From positions 22,444,001 through 22,508,000 of the forward strand of contig NC_043021.1 of assembly GCF_006345805.1 (NCBI RefSeq): 64,000 nt of DNA. Direction: 5' to 3'. The stretch comes from Octopus sinensis. Lineage: Eukaryota. The notes under the pieces are model-generated. The model saw nothing but the letters and a program-made list of their open reading frames with translations. It had not been told where the DNA came from and made no database searches. Both the position numbers and the translations under genes were made by a program. Shown in pieces: positions 39,233 to 52,990 of this stretch (position 1 is the first letter of the stretch; every line of letters starts with the position of its first letter).

Positions 39233-39675
39233 AACTGTTCTAGTATGAATTGTGTTACGTATTATCTTCAAAATTTTCTAAAATGTCCTGAATTATTTAG
39301 TTGAACTGTGAGTTTTATTATTTGTAACTTGTCTGAATTCGTAATGCTGTTTGCAGATATTGAACTTTGAAAGTAATACTAAATATTTGTTCCAGTCGCT
39401 AATAAATTGTACGGAACGAAGTTCTATTCTAGTTACTGAAAGTAATAACTGTCTCACGCTTTATGAGTTAGGAAAAATGCCAGCAATTTTGATGCGAGGG
39501 TCTTAATTGTTATCATGGATATCTGTAATTATCGAGTAGAAAATCTCATCGATACTGACAGACGAAAGATTTTATTTACCTCAGGAGTAGGGGGTCAGAA
39601 AGAATGTAAATAACTTACATATTTGTCACAAAGAATATATTCGGATTTCAAACGATGGTGGCGAATATTAGAAAC

Positions 39676-39830
39676 TGAGTTCAAATTACAACGAGGTCGG
39701 CTTACTCTTTCATCCTTTCGGGGTCGATAAATTAAGTACCAGTTACGCACTGGAGTCGATGTAATCGACTTAATCCGCTTATCTTTGTTTGTCCCCTCTA
39801 TTTTAGCCCCTTGTGGGTAATAAAGAAATA
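39676..39830 (+). mobile_element. SINE family A body
   Basis: gagttcaaattacaacgaggtcggc...catcctttcggggtcgataaattaagtaccagttacgcactgg...gccccttgtgggtaataaagaaata. Confidence 0.8.
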
Positions 39831-39864
39831 TATTAGAAACGGGAAATAATTGTTACTACTATAA

Positions 39865-40055
39865 GCACAAGGCCTTGGTAGCCGAGTACATCAACCTAGT
39901 GCGTACCTGGCACTTATTTCATGACAATTGCGTCGACTACAGTCCCTAACTGGTATTTAATTTATCGATCCCGAAAGGACGAAAGGCAAAGTACACCTAA
40001 GCATTTCGCCCGGCGTGTTAACGATTCTGCCGGCTCACCGCCTTTAGAGGCGGGA
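39865..40055 (-). mobile_element. Degenerate SINE family A variant
   Basis: taactggtatttaatttatcgatcccgaaaggacgaaaggcaaagt...gcatttcgcccggcgtgttaacgattctgccggctcaccgcct. Confidence 0.7.
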
Positions 40056-40163
40056 AATAATGTTCGCATTCAAATAATACCGGTTTCCCACTACAAGCAC
40101 GTTAAATGTTTATTCTAACCAATCTTTCCGTTCGACATTACAAATATCAACCAGATTTATTAC

Positions 40164-40218
<55 letters not shown>

Positions 40219-40539
40219 TACCCACAAGGGGACAAACAAAGACGGACAAAGGGATTAAGTCGATTACATCGATCCCCCCCCCCGAAAGGATGCAACGTCA
40301 TACGAAATACCTATTTCATTACTACCCAGCAGGGGCTAAACACAGAGGGGACAAACAATGACAGACAAACGGATTAAGTCGATTACATCGACCCCAGTGC
40401 GTAACTAGTACTTATCAACCCCGAAAGGATGAAAGGCAAAGTCGACCTCGGCGGAATTTGAACTCAGAACTTAACGGCAGACGAAATACGACTACGCATT
40501 TCGCCCGGTGTGCTATCGTTTCTGCCAACTCGCCGCCTT
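40219..40539 (-). mobile_element. SINE family A with partial tandem body
   Basis: A deleted body followed by the junction tacgaaatacctatttcatttactaccc and a full copy. Confidence 0.85.
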
Positions 40540-41410
40540 TGCGCATAAAATATATAAAGAGTATATGTAAAGTACATTAAGTAACCACCGTATTCCAATT
40601 TCCTTCACTTATCAATGATTAGCAGATTAGCGACTATCTTTTAATACGCTTTCAGGATTTTGAGATAAAATGTTCTGAAACAACCTACTAATTCCTGCAA
40701 GTCGTTAATATTATGTTACGTGTTCAACAGGTGAAAAGGCCAGATGTGAACGATGTTAACAAGAAGTGAAATTTCAGATTAACTTGATATGTGATTGGCC
40801 AGCTGTAGCGGATTCTTATGATGCTAGTTTCGAACGTACACCATCCAGATAAAATTTTGTAAATAATGAAAAGCTGGAGAAAAAAACAAAAATCCATCCT
40901 ATGCGTCAGGTGATTACAAACCCACGAGTGTTCTTACTATGGAAATTATTATCGGAGAACTTCACTTTACAATATCTACTGTACAGGTAAAATATATTTT
41001 TTTCATATATATTTTAGTTGTGGCGATGTTTCTATGATATCCGAAAATATTGAATTGTAATATCTTACATTTTAATTTATTTGAATTCCTAATGCCTTTT
41101 CAGGATATTGAAATTTTAAAGTATTAGAAAATATTCGTTCATATATTTTTTTTAGTATTTGGGGCGTGTTGAATTCCTCCTAGTACAATTCATAACGGTT
41201 TGCTAATTTTAGCACAAAACCAGAAACTATTTGACTGAAAGTTCAGACAACCCGTTAACATTAGCTCATGACACGTGTTACGTTTTATCGATCATGAAAT
41301 TATGAAAGGCGAATTTTTACCTCAGTGGAATTTGAACTCAGAATATAAAGAGTGGAACCTAATGACATTAACGGAAAGTCTTTATCTCGCTGCTTTAGTA
41401 GTTATAGTTA

Positions 41411-41620
41411 AAGCACAGATGGCGAAATGCTTTGCGGTATTTCGTCCGCCGCTGCGTTCTGAGTTCAAATTCAGCCGAGGTCGACTTTGCCTTTCATCCC
41501 TTCGGGGTCGATTTAATAAGTACCAGTTACGCACTGGGGTCGATATAATCGACTTAATCCGTTTGCCTATCCTTGTGTGTCCTCTGTGTTTAGCCCCATG
41601 TGGGTAGTAAAGAAATAGAT
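41411..41620 (+). mobile_element. SINE family A (5'-truncated), next to an inverted fragment at about 41300-41350
   Basis: ggcgaaatgctttgcggtatttcgtccg...gagttcaaattcagccgaggtcgac...gtgggtagtaaagaaatag. Confidence 0.85.
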
Positions 41621-42869
41621 ATTTCTAGCATGGTGGATTCATTCTCTGGAATGTTTGTATTGGAAATAAATGCCACGCCGCAATTTCACTAAAGTATTTT
41701 TTAAATCGAATATTTTTTTCTTGCGATACATCATCCTGCAGCAAATATCACTGCTACACACACAAGAGTTGGGGGCATCTATAAAATAAGCATTTACTGC
41801 TCGGATTCCTTAGTTTCTCGAGCGTAACAGACATGTGATTGCAATATATTCCTTTACTGCCCGTTTTGTGACACCTCTTTCAAAATTTCTATTCGTATGC
41901 GTCACCCGCAAGCCCTACCCTCCCCCCTGCTGAGCACGGGTAAAAATGGTCAGCTCTGTGCATAATGACGCCTCTAGGACCACCAACTAGGTATAGAGCC
42001 CAATCTCATGACGCGAAGAAGAGAATATTATTTTAAAAAATTGAGTTACTGTTGATCAATATCAGAACGCATTTTTTAATATGATTTTGCGTAAAAGTTG
42101 TAGTACCAACTGACTAAACGACACTACACCGGTTTCTTCTGCAAGAAGAGCGTTTAGCAGTAGCTCAATTCATTCAACATTATATTCGACATTGTTGAGA
42201 TCCTCCTCTTATTATAAAGCTTGGCCGAAAGGCTCGAGAATTTGTATACTGTTCCTACTTAGCTTCTGTTTCAACTTTTTCCTCGGTAACGATACATCAA
42301 TACGTTTTACTTTGACAATAGGCGTACCTTTCTTCTAGGCATGCCGCGTGTCACTATTTCATTACTACAAAGATAACCCTTTGTCACTGACGAGATAATC
42401 CTTGTCAAATGCTAACAACTAACAAACAATCATGTCTCTAGGTGGCAAAATTTTGTGCTCCTGATGTGCTTGAAAATAATTCAGTTTTCTTTTTAGCGAT
42501 GGTATTTTTCATTTTAACAGGATCGTCTTGTGTTATGAACACTTAGGCGTGTAAGTGTCGCGCCATTATCTCCAGGAGATTTAAGAAAATCATTATTATC
42601 GTATTTCCTGCAACACGTCTCTTACGACAGTTCATTTATCCTGATTCCGTTTTCTCTATGGTGGCCTATTATAACTGTGCAGGACGTAGATAAATGTGTG
42701 ATCATAACAGGAAACAAAACAGGCTTTTCGCTATTTACTGAAAACAATCCGGACATAACAAGATTGTTTTGAGTCAATATAAAACAAAACCTTCCAAGTG
42801 TGATATGAATTTCTAATTCCGCCTGGCTTCAAGATATACTGAAATTGGAATTGACTACTTCGTAGCATA

Positions 42870-43010
42870 GTTTCAGATTTTGGTACACAGCCAGCAACTT
42901 CGGCAGAGGGACCAAATCGATTTCATCGACACCAATACCTAACTGATATTTATTTTAATTCCGACCTCGGCGGGATTTGAAACCAGAACTTGAAGACGGA
43001 CGAAATACCT
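42870..43010 (-). mobile_element. Degenerate SINE family A variant
   Basis: cagccagcaacttcggcagaggg...tcgatttcatcgacacc...cgacctcggcgggatttgaaaccagaac...gacggacgaaatacc. Confidence 0.6.
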
Positions 43011-43665
43011 CGCGGGCAATAATAATAATAGTAATAATAATAGTAATAATAATACTGATCACAAGGAAGGTACTTAGAAATATGGTTTTAGGCAGCATTG
43101 ACTAGTGACCAATAGATTCCTTTTTATTTTGGTCTGATTAGGAATCCCTATCTTTCCATGTCATCACACGTGATACCATAGAAACGGTGACCTACGATTT
43201 ATTTGTTTATACCAGTCATTATCCTGTCCGCAATATATTATTCCCAAGGCGACATCGTTGTATTTTCCTTTCAATTTGTAATCCTGAAACATAACCGTAG
43301 CGAACATGCTACCCAACAAAAGACAGCAAATACACGCACTCACAAAGAGGCAAGCGCACACAAAATGAAAAACGAATAATGGTATTTGCTTATTTAATTG
43401 TGCCTAGATAAATATATGAAGTTCATTAGTTATGCCGTTTCTTGTATATCATTCTGTAAAACAGCATATGAACTGGGGAATGCATCCATGGATTCAGAAA
43501 GTAGGTTGGTGATGGACTACAACTCCCCATCCTACTTTAGGATTATCTGGTGTCTTACACCAATCTGAAAGCTTCTTTGCTAGCCTGATGTATTCATATA
43601 CAGAAATTTCGAGAATAATTATTCCTGTGTGTGTGTGTGTGTGCGTGTGTGCGTGTGCGTGTGTG

Positions 43666-43955
43666 TAGGCGCAATAGCCCAGTGGTCAGGGCAGCGGACT
43701 CGCAGTCGCAGGATCGTGGTTTCGATTCCCAGACTGGGCGTTGTGAGTGTTTATTGAGCGAAAACACCTAAAAGCTCCACGACGCTCCGGCAGGGGGTGG
43801 TGATCTCTGCTGTACTCTTTCACCACTCTTTCTTCTGTTGGCCTGCTCGCTTAGCCAGCGGGGTGGCGTCATTCGAAGGCTAAAACAATGCGAACGCATT
43901 GTGACCAGCGATGTGTAACAACATCTGATGGTCTGGTCGGTCACGTGATCACGTG
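43666..43955 (+). mobile_element. tRNA-derived SINE family C (head 1 plus tail 2)
   Basis: Head as at 35243 up to ctgtactctttcaccac, then a different tail (ggcctgctcgcttagccagcgggg...catctgatggtctggtcggtcacgtgatc). Confidence 0.82.
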
Positions 43956-45150
43956 ATATAATATGTGTATGTGTAAATTTGTCTTAAGGTCAACGTTTCT
44001 TTCATGTTAAAATATCTTAACAATCTCACCATGTGACTGGCAAGAAAAATTGATATTTTGTAAACATGAAAGCAAGTTTAGTCTTAATGCATAAATATTC
44101 ATCAAACAATGCCGTGTTGTGCAATCCTTCTCATTGCTCGCCATTTGCGCATAAATATACACGTGTGTGTGTGCATGATCATTGCATTGTTTGTATTATA
44201 ATTACTAAATCAGAATATTTCAGTATATGGTTCAACCCGGTGCTTATATCTATCGTTTCGTTCCCTGAATCTACTGTCAATTACATTGTATCTTAAGAAG
44301 ACAACTATTTTCCTTCATTGACACTCAAAATGCAGGAGTAAAGTCAATTAAATGTTTCTCCAACGTCTTGAGTATCGTCAATACAGTTCGTATAATCTCT
44401 CACATCGTAAATTGTAGGGACTATTACGGTTGGAACACCGTTAGCTTAGAAGTGACTGTTAGATTAGAAGTGACAATAGGCTAATCGAAAGTAATATAAA
44501 ATAATGGTTTACTTACCACTGAATTCTGTCTCCCTTATTATAGAGCAGAAATGTGAATTACTATTTTTAGGACATGGTTTTGGAGGCGGTGGGGACTGCT
44601 CACATTCTCCATAATATTTGTCTCTCCGTGAATCGCAACGCGAACACGAGATCATTGCGTGAACAACTGGAAAAGATCGAAAAGAAAATTATAAGTATTA
44701 AAGAGCACATTGAATGACATGTAAATTAAATAGCAATAAATAACTTCAAGATGCCTCGCCCTTTTATAGCTTACATAGAATTAGAAAAAGGATCTTAGTG
44801 CAATTACGCTCCCTACTATTGTTCGGAAGATATCATAGGAAGCTGCGAGAAGGCAGCATATTCAGAGGTCTACAAAATAATTTGCAGTGTGTTTCGGTTT
44901 AGTTTCTGATATTACTGAAAGAATATTTCCATTGAATCATTTGTGGCCGACGTGGTAAAATACCAATGAAGCATTATTTCAACGGCAAACTGTTTATATT
45001 AAAAACAGAACTTTTGCTGAGAGTAGAGATCATTTATCCATAATCAAATCTTTGACTGGGAATAATAGTTAGAATATGTTAAGATATTTGTTCCGCCTCA
45101 CAACATTGAGTTTAAATGCTGTCAATGGTTGTCAAGTGATGTTGAGATAT

Positions 45151-45186
<36 letters not shown>

Positions 45187-45204
45187 GTACAAACACACAC
45201 ACAC

Positions 45205-45320
45205 TTTCTGTTTCGACTACCAAATCCATGTTCTGGTCGGCCTAAGTCTATAGAGAACACTTGACTAAGGTACGCGCAGTGGGACTGAACCCAGGACTAT
45301 GAGGTTGGAAAGCAAGATAC
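45205..45320 (-). mobile_element. SINE family B head fragment
   Basis: tctatagagaacacttgactaaggtacgcgcagtgggactgaacccagg...ggttggaaagcaag. Confidence 0.65.
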
Positions 45321-48213
45321 GTAAAATATTGATGGGGTCTTTTGCTTAGAGTAGAGATAACCTGTTGCAAAACACTCGTACAAGAACGCTATCTCATGCC
45401 CATAATTCGATATATTCTATTCAAGTAAGAAATTTAGTACTTGTCTTAACTGCTGTCGTTAGTGTTTAGTAGAACAACATGGAAAACCGCCTTTTTTTTG
45501 CAGAGAAGTATTAGCTTATCTCAAATCTGTTTTCAGGCATGTCGTTTATTACTCATTACAATCTCTTATTCGCTAAAGCCACTCGTCGCTGGAGCATGCA
45601 TCTGGGATTACTCATGTTCGCCTTGTATTTGCTATTAACCTTAAGGAAATTGCATTAACCCTCATTCGTGGCGAAAAGATATGGCAGAATAAATACGTGG
45701 CTTTGCTGACGCCTTATCTCAAAATTAGAAGTATTTTCCCTGGTATACAAAACGAAATAATCATGCTGAAATGAGACACAAACAATAAGAAATACAATTT
45801 CATGTTTGCTGTTCTACAAGTATTTCCTCTAAATATCTCGAGGCCTGAACTGAGAATATTCAATAATAGTTTCTTTGGACGTGGGCACTGTTCTATCGAG
45901 CAAGATAAAATGCCGAATGCGCGATAGATTTTCGTTTTGCTTCTCTTAAATTTCTAGTTTCAGTTTTCTTATTAGCTCCGCTGATGCCCCGAATATCCTG
46001 ATGATAAGACACCCACATTGCATCATGTAGATACGCTTGAAATTAAAGATTTTCATAGAAAGTTGAAGTGAAAGCGTGAAATCAGCGAATAAACATTTTT
46101 AAGTTGAGGCATTTCTAGTTGTTCTATTTTACGGATTGCCTGAGTCAACGTCTAGTCGAAGACATATCTGTTAAGTAGGTGATGATAGTATCAGCGTGCC
46201 ATCTCTTTACTAGATCAAAACCCAGAGACATACCAGTTTCTGGTTTCGGCAAGATCAATTAAACTCAGAAATAAGCACGAGTTAGAGACGGGTTTATTTA
46301 AGCCTTCATCTATTGAGTGTAGCTCTGAGCAAATGAGAAATATCTCGTAAACGGAACGCCATAATGGACATTTTGGGCGGTCCCCTACTGCTTTTAGTGT
46401 TCTATGTAGATGTGAGAATAAGTGCTGTCTTCATATGAAGTCAATTGATGAGAGGAAAACTATTGGCTCTGAATTGCTGATAAAGAAACAAAAGATTAGT
46501 CAATTGTATAAAATAAACAGCATTCTTTACAAAAGCAGACATTACAAGGGTTAATAACATTAGCAACTCACTCAGTTCATGGTAAGTATTGTCGGAGATA
46601 GTGTATTTTTACTTTGAATGTTAGTTTCAAATTTTGGCATGAGGACGGCAAGAGCAGGCTACTCGACCAGGTAATATTTGAACTCATAACGTAAAAACGG
46701 GTAAACTGCCGCTAAGCATTTTTTGCCAGTGCACCAATTCTGCCGGGTCCCCGCCTTTCCTACCCTAAATATGAAGTAATGAAAGGAGACATCAATGTTG
46801 TTCGGTAGCATCCCAAAGGACACGAATGTATGGCTATAGATGCAATGCAACTCTTCAAAGGTTTCGGTGCTAATGAATGAAATAAGTTAGAGAACTACAA
46901 CGCTGACTAGAACGGAATTACGAAGCTTTGAAGATTCGAAAAGCTGATAATTTCAATTACACATATATTGTACTTGCTTAAACATTGTCAAGAAGTAAGA
47001 GAGTACATGATTCAACACTATTTTGGATATGAACAAAGACAAATTTAATTTGTAGTGCAAACTCGAACCTAATTCTGTTTTATCACACGATTAATAAAAG
47101 AACAAAACATATATATACACAATGCTGATAATTAGATAAAAATGTGAAGTTTCTTCACAAAATTATCCAGGAAGATTTTGGAGATAGTTTTTTTCTTGAT
47201 TCATTCTTATTTATTTTTGTTTGGCCTTTATTTGGAATTATTTTCGTGCGTGATTAAATATGCGTGTGATGGAAACTGACAAACTTGTCAAAGGCTATTC
47301 CCTCGAGGAATTTCCAAGTTTTATTCCAATGGTTTGGCCATCTCTCATTTGATTTGTGTTAGAAAATTACCTATGAGAATTGAATATACAGAGGTGATAT
47401 AAGTAGAGAAATCGGTGAACATTTAGAAGTTTGGCAAAGTAAGACTAGGACCGTTGGGTTCTGTTCAAATAAACATAAGCTGACGTGCGAAGAACAGTAA
47501 TGTTAACCTACTAAAATTTACATTATGATAGGTAGCATAAATAACAAAAAGAAAAAAAAGAAACTTGTAAATAAAATGAGAAAAACAAAAGGATAGTGAA
47601 TAATTTTCCCAACATTAAACAAAAAATGAGATTCAAGGATGAGAGTAGTGAACGAATTGATAAATAAAATTAACGTGATACGTTGTAGTTATACAAAAAA
47701 GTAACTTCTAAGTTCGTTCGATCCGTCTATTCTAAAGGCTACCAATTGTGTTCGGAAGTGGCATAGCTGCTCTTCTACATTTATCAGTTGCTCAATTTAA
47801 CATTACCAATATTACACAGAACAATGTAAAGGTGAGAAAATTGGTGAATTGGCAGAATAGTTATCAACTGAGGGGGGGGGGTATACTTAGTGGTATTTAA
47901 TGAATCTTTACGTTTCTGAGTTCAAATCCCGCCGTCATCGACTTAGCTTTTCATTGGCTCAAGGTTGGTGACTAGTAGTTGTAGAAACCTGGGTCAATGT
48001 AATCGACTTAACCCACTTCATTCGAAATCGCTGTACATTTTGCTAAACTTTGACAACAAAGCGGAGTGAAGAATGTATTATGTGTATGCACATACGTAAT
48101 AGGCATCTAAATGCGTATTACTATATAAATCTCTGCTTCTGTGTGTATATACAAACAAGTTTGCGTGTGTATGTGTATTGTGTATATTACACTCTAATAT
48201 ATTACAATCTAAT

Positions 48214-48254
<41 letters not shown>

Positions 48255-48257
<3 letters not shown>

Positions 48258-48605
48258 CTCCTTGACCTGTTTTTTACTGTTTTTATTTGTATTGTTTTTA
48301 CTGACTTAGTTTGTTTTTACTATCCTGTTCTTGTTACCACTTTCACCCTCCGCAAAAAATCCCAAATTTTATTTAATTTGCTTTGCGGGAAGGACTGTTT
48401 CAATGAAGTCGTGTCTTGCCGTTACCTTCGAAACACGGAGTAGACGAAGCAGGAGCAGCTGAATAAGTGGAATATTCCTTGTGTTGTATGTTTTGTACTC
48501 TGTTTTATCGTTGCTTGAAAAAAGTCGGTTTCCATGGTTTTGTTTTTATGTTCTCGTTTCTCATTGTGTTCGACGTTTTTTTTTGGAGGGGGGTCCTGTA
48601 CCCAT
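48255..48605. repeat. Unclassified element between (TA)n tracts
   Basis: T-rich arms and an internal hairpin ccctccgcaaa...tttgcgggaagg, bounded by microsatellites on both sides. Confidence 0.35.
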
Positions 48606-49872
48606 ATATGCATGTATATATACATATAGATGTAGGTATATATATATATATATATGCATACGCTTTATTTATTATTTTACTATATATATGCATATATATA
48701 TGCATATGTTTTATTTATTATTTTATTATATATATATATATATATATGTATGTAAAGTGATGAAAGTGGCGCCAAAATCCTATTAGGTTTATGACTGTAC
48801 ATGATAGAACATACGTCTAGAATTCGTCGAGATATTAATTGGTTTGTCATTGGACATAATAACATCGTTTTATTTTTATGTTCCTGGGTTAATGCTTTAA
48901 CAATAAATTCCCTTCATGATAACTCCACTCATCCTACCTCAGTTATAATCACTTCCTGTTCATATGCGCCTGTAAGAGTACATAGATATGTGTGTGTGTG
49001 TATAATGTGAGTTATATATTTTCTTAAAATAATATAGATATATGTAGTACGCGAATTAGTGTATAGAACAAAACATATTGAAAAAAACAGTCGCAGTATG
49101 ATGCACGATAGCATGGACACGTCTGCAAAAGAATACACACATATATACGTCAAGCGCTATAATTTTAAATGCTTTTTTCTTCATTATAATTTTTGTCATT
49201 TTTAATATTTACTCACGAACGAAGCTCTTTTATTTCCAATCTGAAGTGCATTTATATTTGAAGATAAATATTATTGCTTTTGTTTCTTTCTTCTATAATA
49301 ATAATAATAATAATAATAATATTAATTGGTCTTCGCGTTATACAAATTCTTTTGCCCTAAAGCATTGTGGTGGTAATATACACGTCGTGTTCTTAAGTAT
49401 AGCACGCTCTATATTTCCAGTGAATAACTTAACATTTCATCTTTTGACATGTAATTAATGTGTGTGCTCATTCTCGTACAAATTTCAATCCCCTAAAAAA
49501 ATTTGCAATAGATAATGTCTGGTGCTGGACTACGTTTCCTGTATCTGTTGTAGGTGCAGATTTTTTTATTCTCTACTATTTTTCTAGTTCGATTTTACCC
49601 GGATCCCCAAAAGACACACATTTACACACATACACACCCGCGCACACACTACATTCGAAGTGAAAGATAGTGAGATGCTTTCTCATGAAGCTAAATTTAT
49701 TTTTCTGTCGTCTGTCTGGTGTCTTTTGCAATGTGATGGAAAAAAAAGAGAAGCATAATTTCCAGCCGAAATAATTGTAATACGTGTGCAGGGACTTTCT
49801 TCTGATAAAAAGAAAAACGCGCACCTACCCTCCTAGACATTCTGTGTGTATGCATGCATGTGTGTGTGTGTC

Positions 49873-49910
<38 letters not shown>

Positions 49911-49985
49911 GTTGTTTCCCTGTATGTATGTTCACACGTGTGTGAGTGTTCATGAATTCAAAAGTACGTGTATATTTTTACATAC

Positions 49986-50392
49986 GCAGGAGTGGCTGTG
50001 TGGTAAGTAGCTTGCTAACCAACCACATGGTTCCGGGTTCAGTCCCACTGAGTGGCATCTTGGGCAAGTGTCTTCTGCTATAGCCCCGGGCCAACCAATG
50101 CCTTGTGAGTGGATTTGGTAGACGGACACTGAAAGAAGCCTGTCGTATATATGTATATATATGTATATATGTGTGTTTGTGTGTCTGTGTTTGTCCCCAT
50201 AGCATTGTTCGACAACCGATGCTGGTGTGTTTACGTCCCTGTCACCTAGCGGTTCGGCAAAAAGAGACCGATAGAATAAGTACTGGGCTTATAAAAAAAA
50301 GAATAAGTCCCGGGGTCGAGTTGCTCGACTAAAAGGCGGTGCTCCAGCATGGCCGCAGTCAAATGACTGAAACAAGTAAATGAGTAAATGAG
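49986..50392 (+). mobile_element. Full-length SINE family B
   Basis: Near-identical to 10807-11210; tail ends in a gtaaatga repeat. Confidence 0.9.
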
Positions 50393-50963
50393 AGTATACA
50401 AAGACACATAAGACAGATAAATATTTCGTAAATATTCGTTTACGTCAGTTGTTTAAAAAATTTAGTTGAAATAAATGATCCATTAGATAAATCATGCAAG
50501 ACTCTGTCTGTTCGTCTCTATTTCCATTTTTTTATTAGCTTGCTTGCTTCCTTCATTTCTTCGTCAATAAACACGAGAAAATTATAGGCGAATGCGTGTG
50601 TATGAATGAGCGAATGCACATGGCGGTTTGTGATTCATACGAAACGCACTGCACTGCGTTATTGAACTATCAGAAATTAAAGCCCAAGCATCACGTATTG
50701 TGGATCATTAAACAAAGTGCTGTTGAATTGAGATTCTAACAGCAACGCCATAACTCTAAAAATGTGACATCACTCGTGTAATCCTGCCAATCACATCTAT
50801 AACCTTTAACACACTCTGACGTGGTGGTGATAAATCCATTAATATTTTGTTTTTCTTTTTTCGATTCTTTTACACGTAATTCGAAACGTAACTTTTATTA
50901 ACAAATTGAAAACGAAATCTCCATCTCTCTTCACAATGGCGGTTGTGATGATGATGAACAAAT

Positions 50964-50964
<1 letters not shown>

Positions 50965-51006
<42 letters not shown>

Positions 51007-51008
51007 TT
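50965..51008. repeat. (AAT)n microsatellite
   Basis: Direct reading. Confidence 0.95.
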
Positions 51009-51664
51009 AACATGATACTGATAATAACGTGGATGAAAATAATAATAGTAATTGTGCTGAAATTAATAAACAAGTAGCAGATGAAATTGTAGAAGGGGGA
51101 GGAAAAAGGGACGTCTGACAAAGAGCTTCAGGAATATGCATAACTACACACTCAGCTTCCGAAACACTCCCAATTAAAAAAGGAAATATTGACTGGAAGT
51201 GATATGGGAGGTATTTTGAATATTATTCATAAAGTGAGCTCAAATATTTCAGTTCAATTTTAGTGAGGGTTTGAGATAAAAAAAAATAAAAGAGAAAAGG
51301 GTGTGACACTATAATTCTTTGAAAGATTAGGGAATAAATTAACACGGCAAAGAGAGAAAATGATTTTAGAATGACAATATTGTGCGTCACGTGCTTCGAG
51401 AATCTAAATCATTTGACCAAAATTTGATAAAAATAATAAGTGCCCCTAATGAACTAGTGCATGTTCATTCATTTTTCATGTTTCATATTAGCGTTGGGGG
51501 AAGTGAAGCCGTAGTGCCTATCAATTATTTGATTCAAGAATTTGTTTCAATTGTAGGGTTGCAATCAAACAGTAGGGTTTCATTTGTCGATTATATCTTC
51601 TGTACTATACTCAGTGCATCAATACTCTTTCACACTACTCTTTAACAGACTGCTAGATACTCTG

Positions 51665-51990
51665 AGACTCCCCCCACCTACGGTCATGACTCACCATGGG
51701 ATTGCACCTAGATTATTACCTTCCCAGGTACAATTCCGGGCAAGGTTGTTTATGGAAGACCAGCAGTCGCCCATGCATACAGGTCTCCCCTCTCCATGCC
51801 ACCAGTGTTACCTAAGGGAAAGGCAAAGGGGCCGATACAGCTTGGCACCTGTGACGTCGCAACTCATTTAAGAGCTGAGTCAACTGAAGCAACGTCAAAT
51901 AAAGTGTCTTGCTCAAGGACTCAACACGCATCTCGGTCCGAGATTCGAACTCACAACCTCAAGATCGCTAGCTAGACGCTCTAACCACCT
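51665..51990 (-). mobile_element. tRNA-derived SINE family D with CORE-like centre and RTE-like tail
   Basis: Minus strand: gtggttagagcgtc...gtgagttcgaatctcgg head, gtccttgagcaagacact centre, tail ggcgactgctggtcttccataaacaaccttgcccgg. The RTE resemblance is from memory. Confidence 0.7.
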
Positions 51991-52666
51991 TTGTAAAGAA
52001 TTTTCAATCGGAACGTATTGGTGATACAGACTTCAATATAAGCAAATTCCATTAGGTGCCAATCGCCGACATCGAATATGAAATCCTTTGTCTACAAAAT
52101 AATAAACGTTATAAACTCAACGATTGAACCCATGCATTCATGCATGTAATACGAACGCAATCAAACGTATATTTTGTGTTTTCTATTTGAAATTAGGGAG
52201 ATGTACTTGCATAGCAAGTGATTTGATCTGAGATCGTGTGCTGAAACGAAAACAATTGCAGCGTGGAAGGTGTTTGTAAGCCATTTAAGAAACAAAAGCC
52301 GTTCGATTCACTTCAACATTTAAGTTTAATTTGTCAAAATATTTTCGTCGCTTTAAAACCACGACCTGTTCACTGACAAAAAATCCGTGCTTGTTTTTAG
52401 AAAAGATGGAATCAGATACAGGTGAACGTTGAATAGTCCGTTAAAATCTTCTTTTAATCTATATATCCAGCTCAACGATGGTTCACGAGCTGGAGAAACT
52501 ACCTTAACGATAAGCTTCCTTCAGTTCACTTAGAAAACTTGCCTTCGTTTAAACAAGCATCGGATAATATACAATTCAGATACAATACTTGTAAAATCAT
52601 GGGGTTGTTAGATACAGGTTCATTATCGAATATATCAGCAGAATCAGGATTGGTCTAAGGTAAAAA

Positions 52667-52990
52667 TGTGAGGGCACATGGCTTAGTGGTTAGGGCATTC
52701 GGCTCATGATCGTAAGGTTGTGAGTTCGATTCCCGGCGACGCGTTGTGTCCTTGAGCAAGACACTTTATTTCACGTTGCGCCAGTCCACTCAGCTGGCAA
52801 AAATGAGTTGTACTTGTATTTCAAAGGGTCAGCCTTGTCACTCTCTGTGTCGCGCTGATTATCCCCGAGAACTACGTTAAGGGTACACGTGTCTGTGGAA
52901 TGCTCAGCCATTTGCACGTTAATTTCACGAGCAAGCTGTTCCGTTGATCGTATCAGCTGGGACCCTCGTCGTCGTAACCGACGGAGTCTC
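52667..52990 (+). mobile_element. tRNA-derived SINE (head 2 with CORE-like centre plus tail 1)
   Basis: ggcacatggcttagtggttagggcattcggc...gtgagttcgattcccgg, gtgtccttgagcaagacact, then the same tail as 35243-35612. Confidence 0.85.

Noticed and set aside
41680-41782. Minus-strand frame with NSCVCSSDICC after a good acceptor
   Set aside because: No CN motif, no donor before the stop, and no fit to the first half of an LU domain.
52667-52740. tRNA-like sequences at SINE heads (also 35243, 43666, 10807, 49986, 53482)
   Set aside because: A/B boxes are present, but there is no complete cloverleaf or acceptor stem, and each continues into a repeated SINE body. Not tRNA genes.
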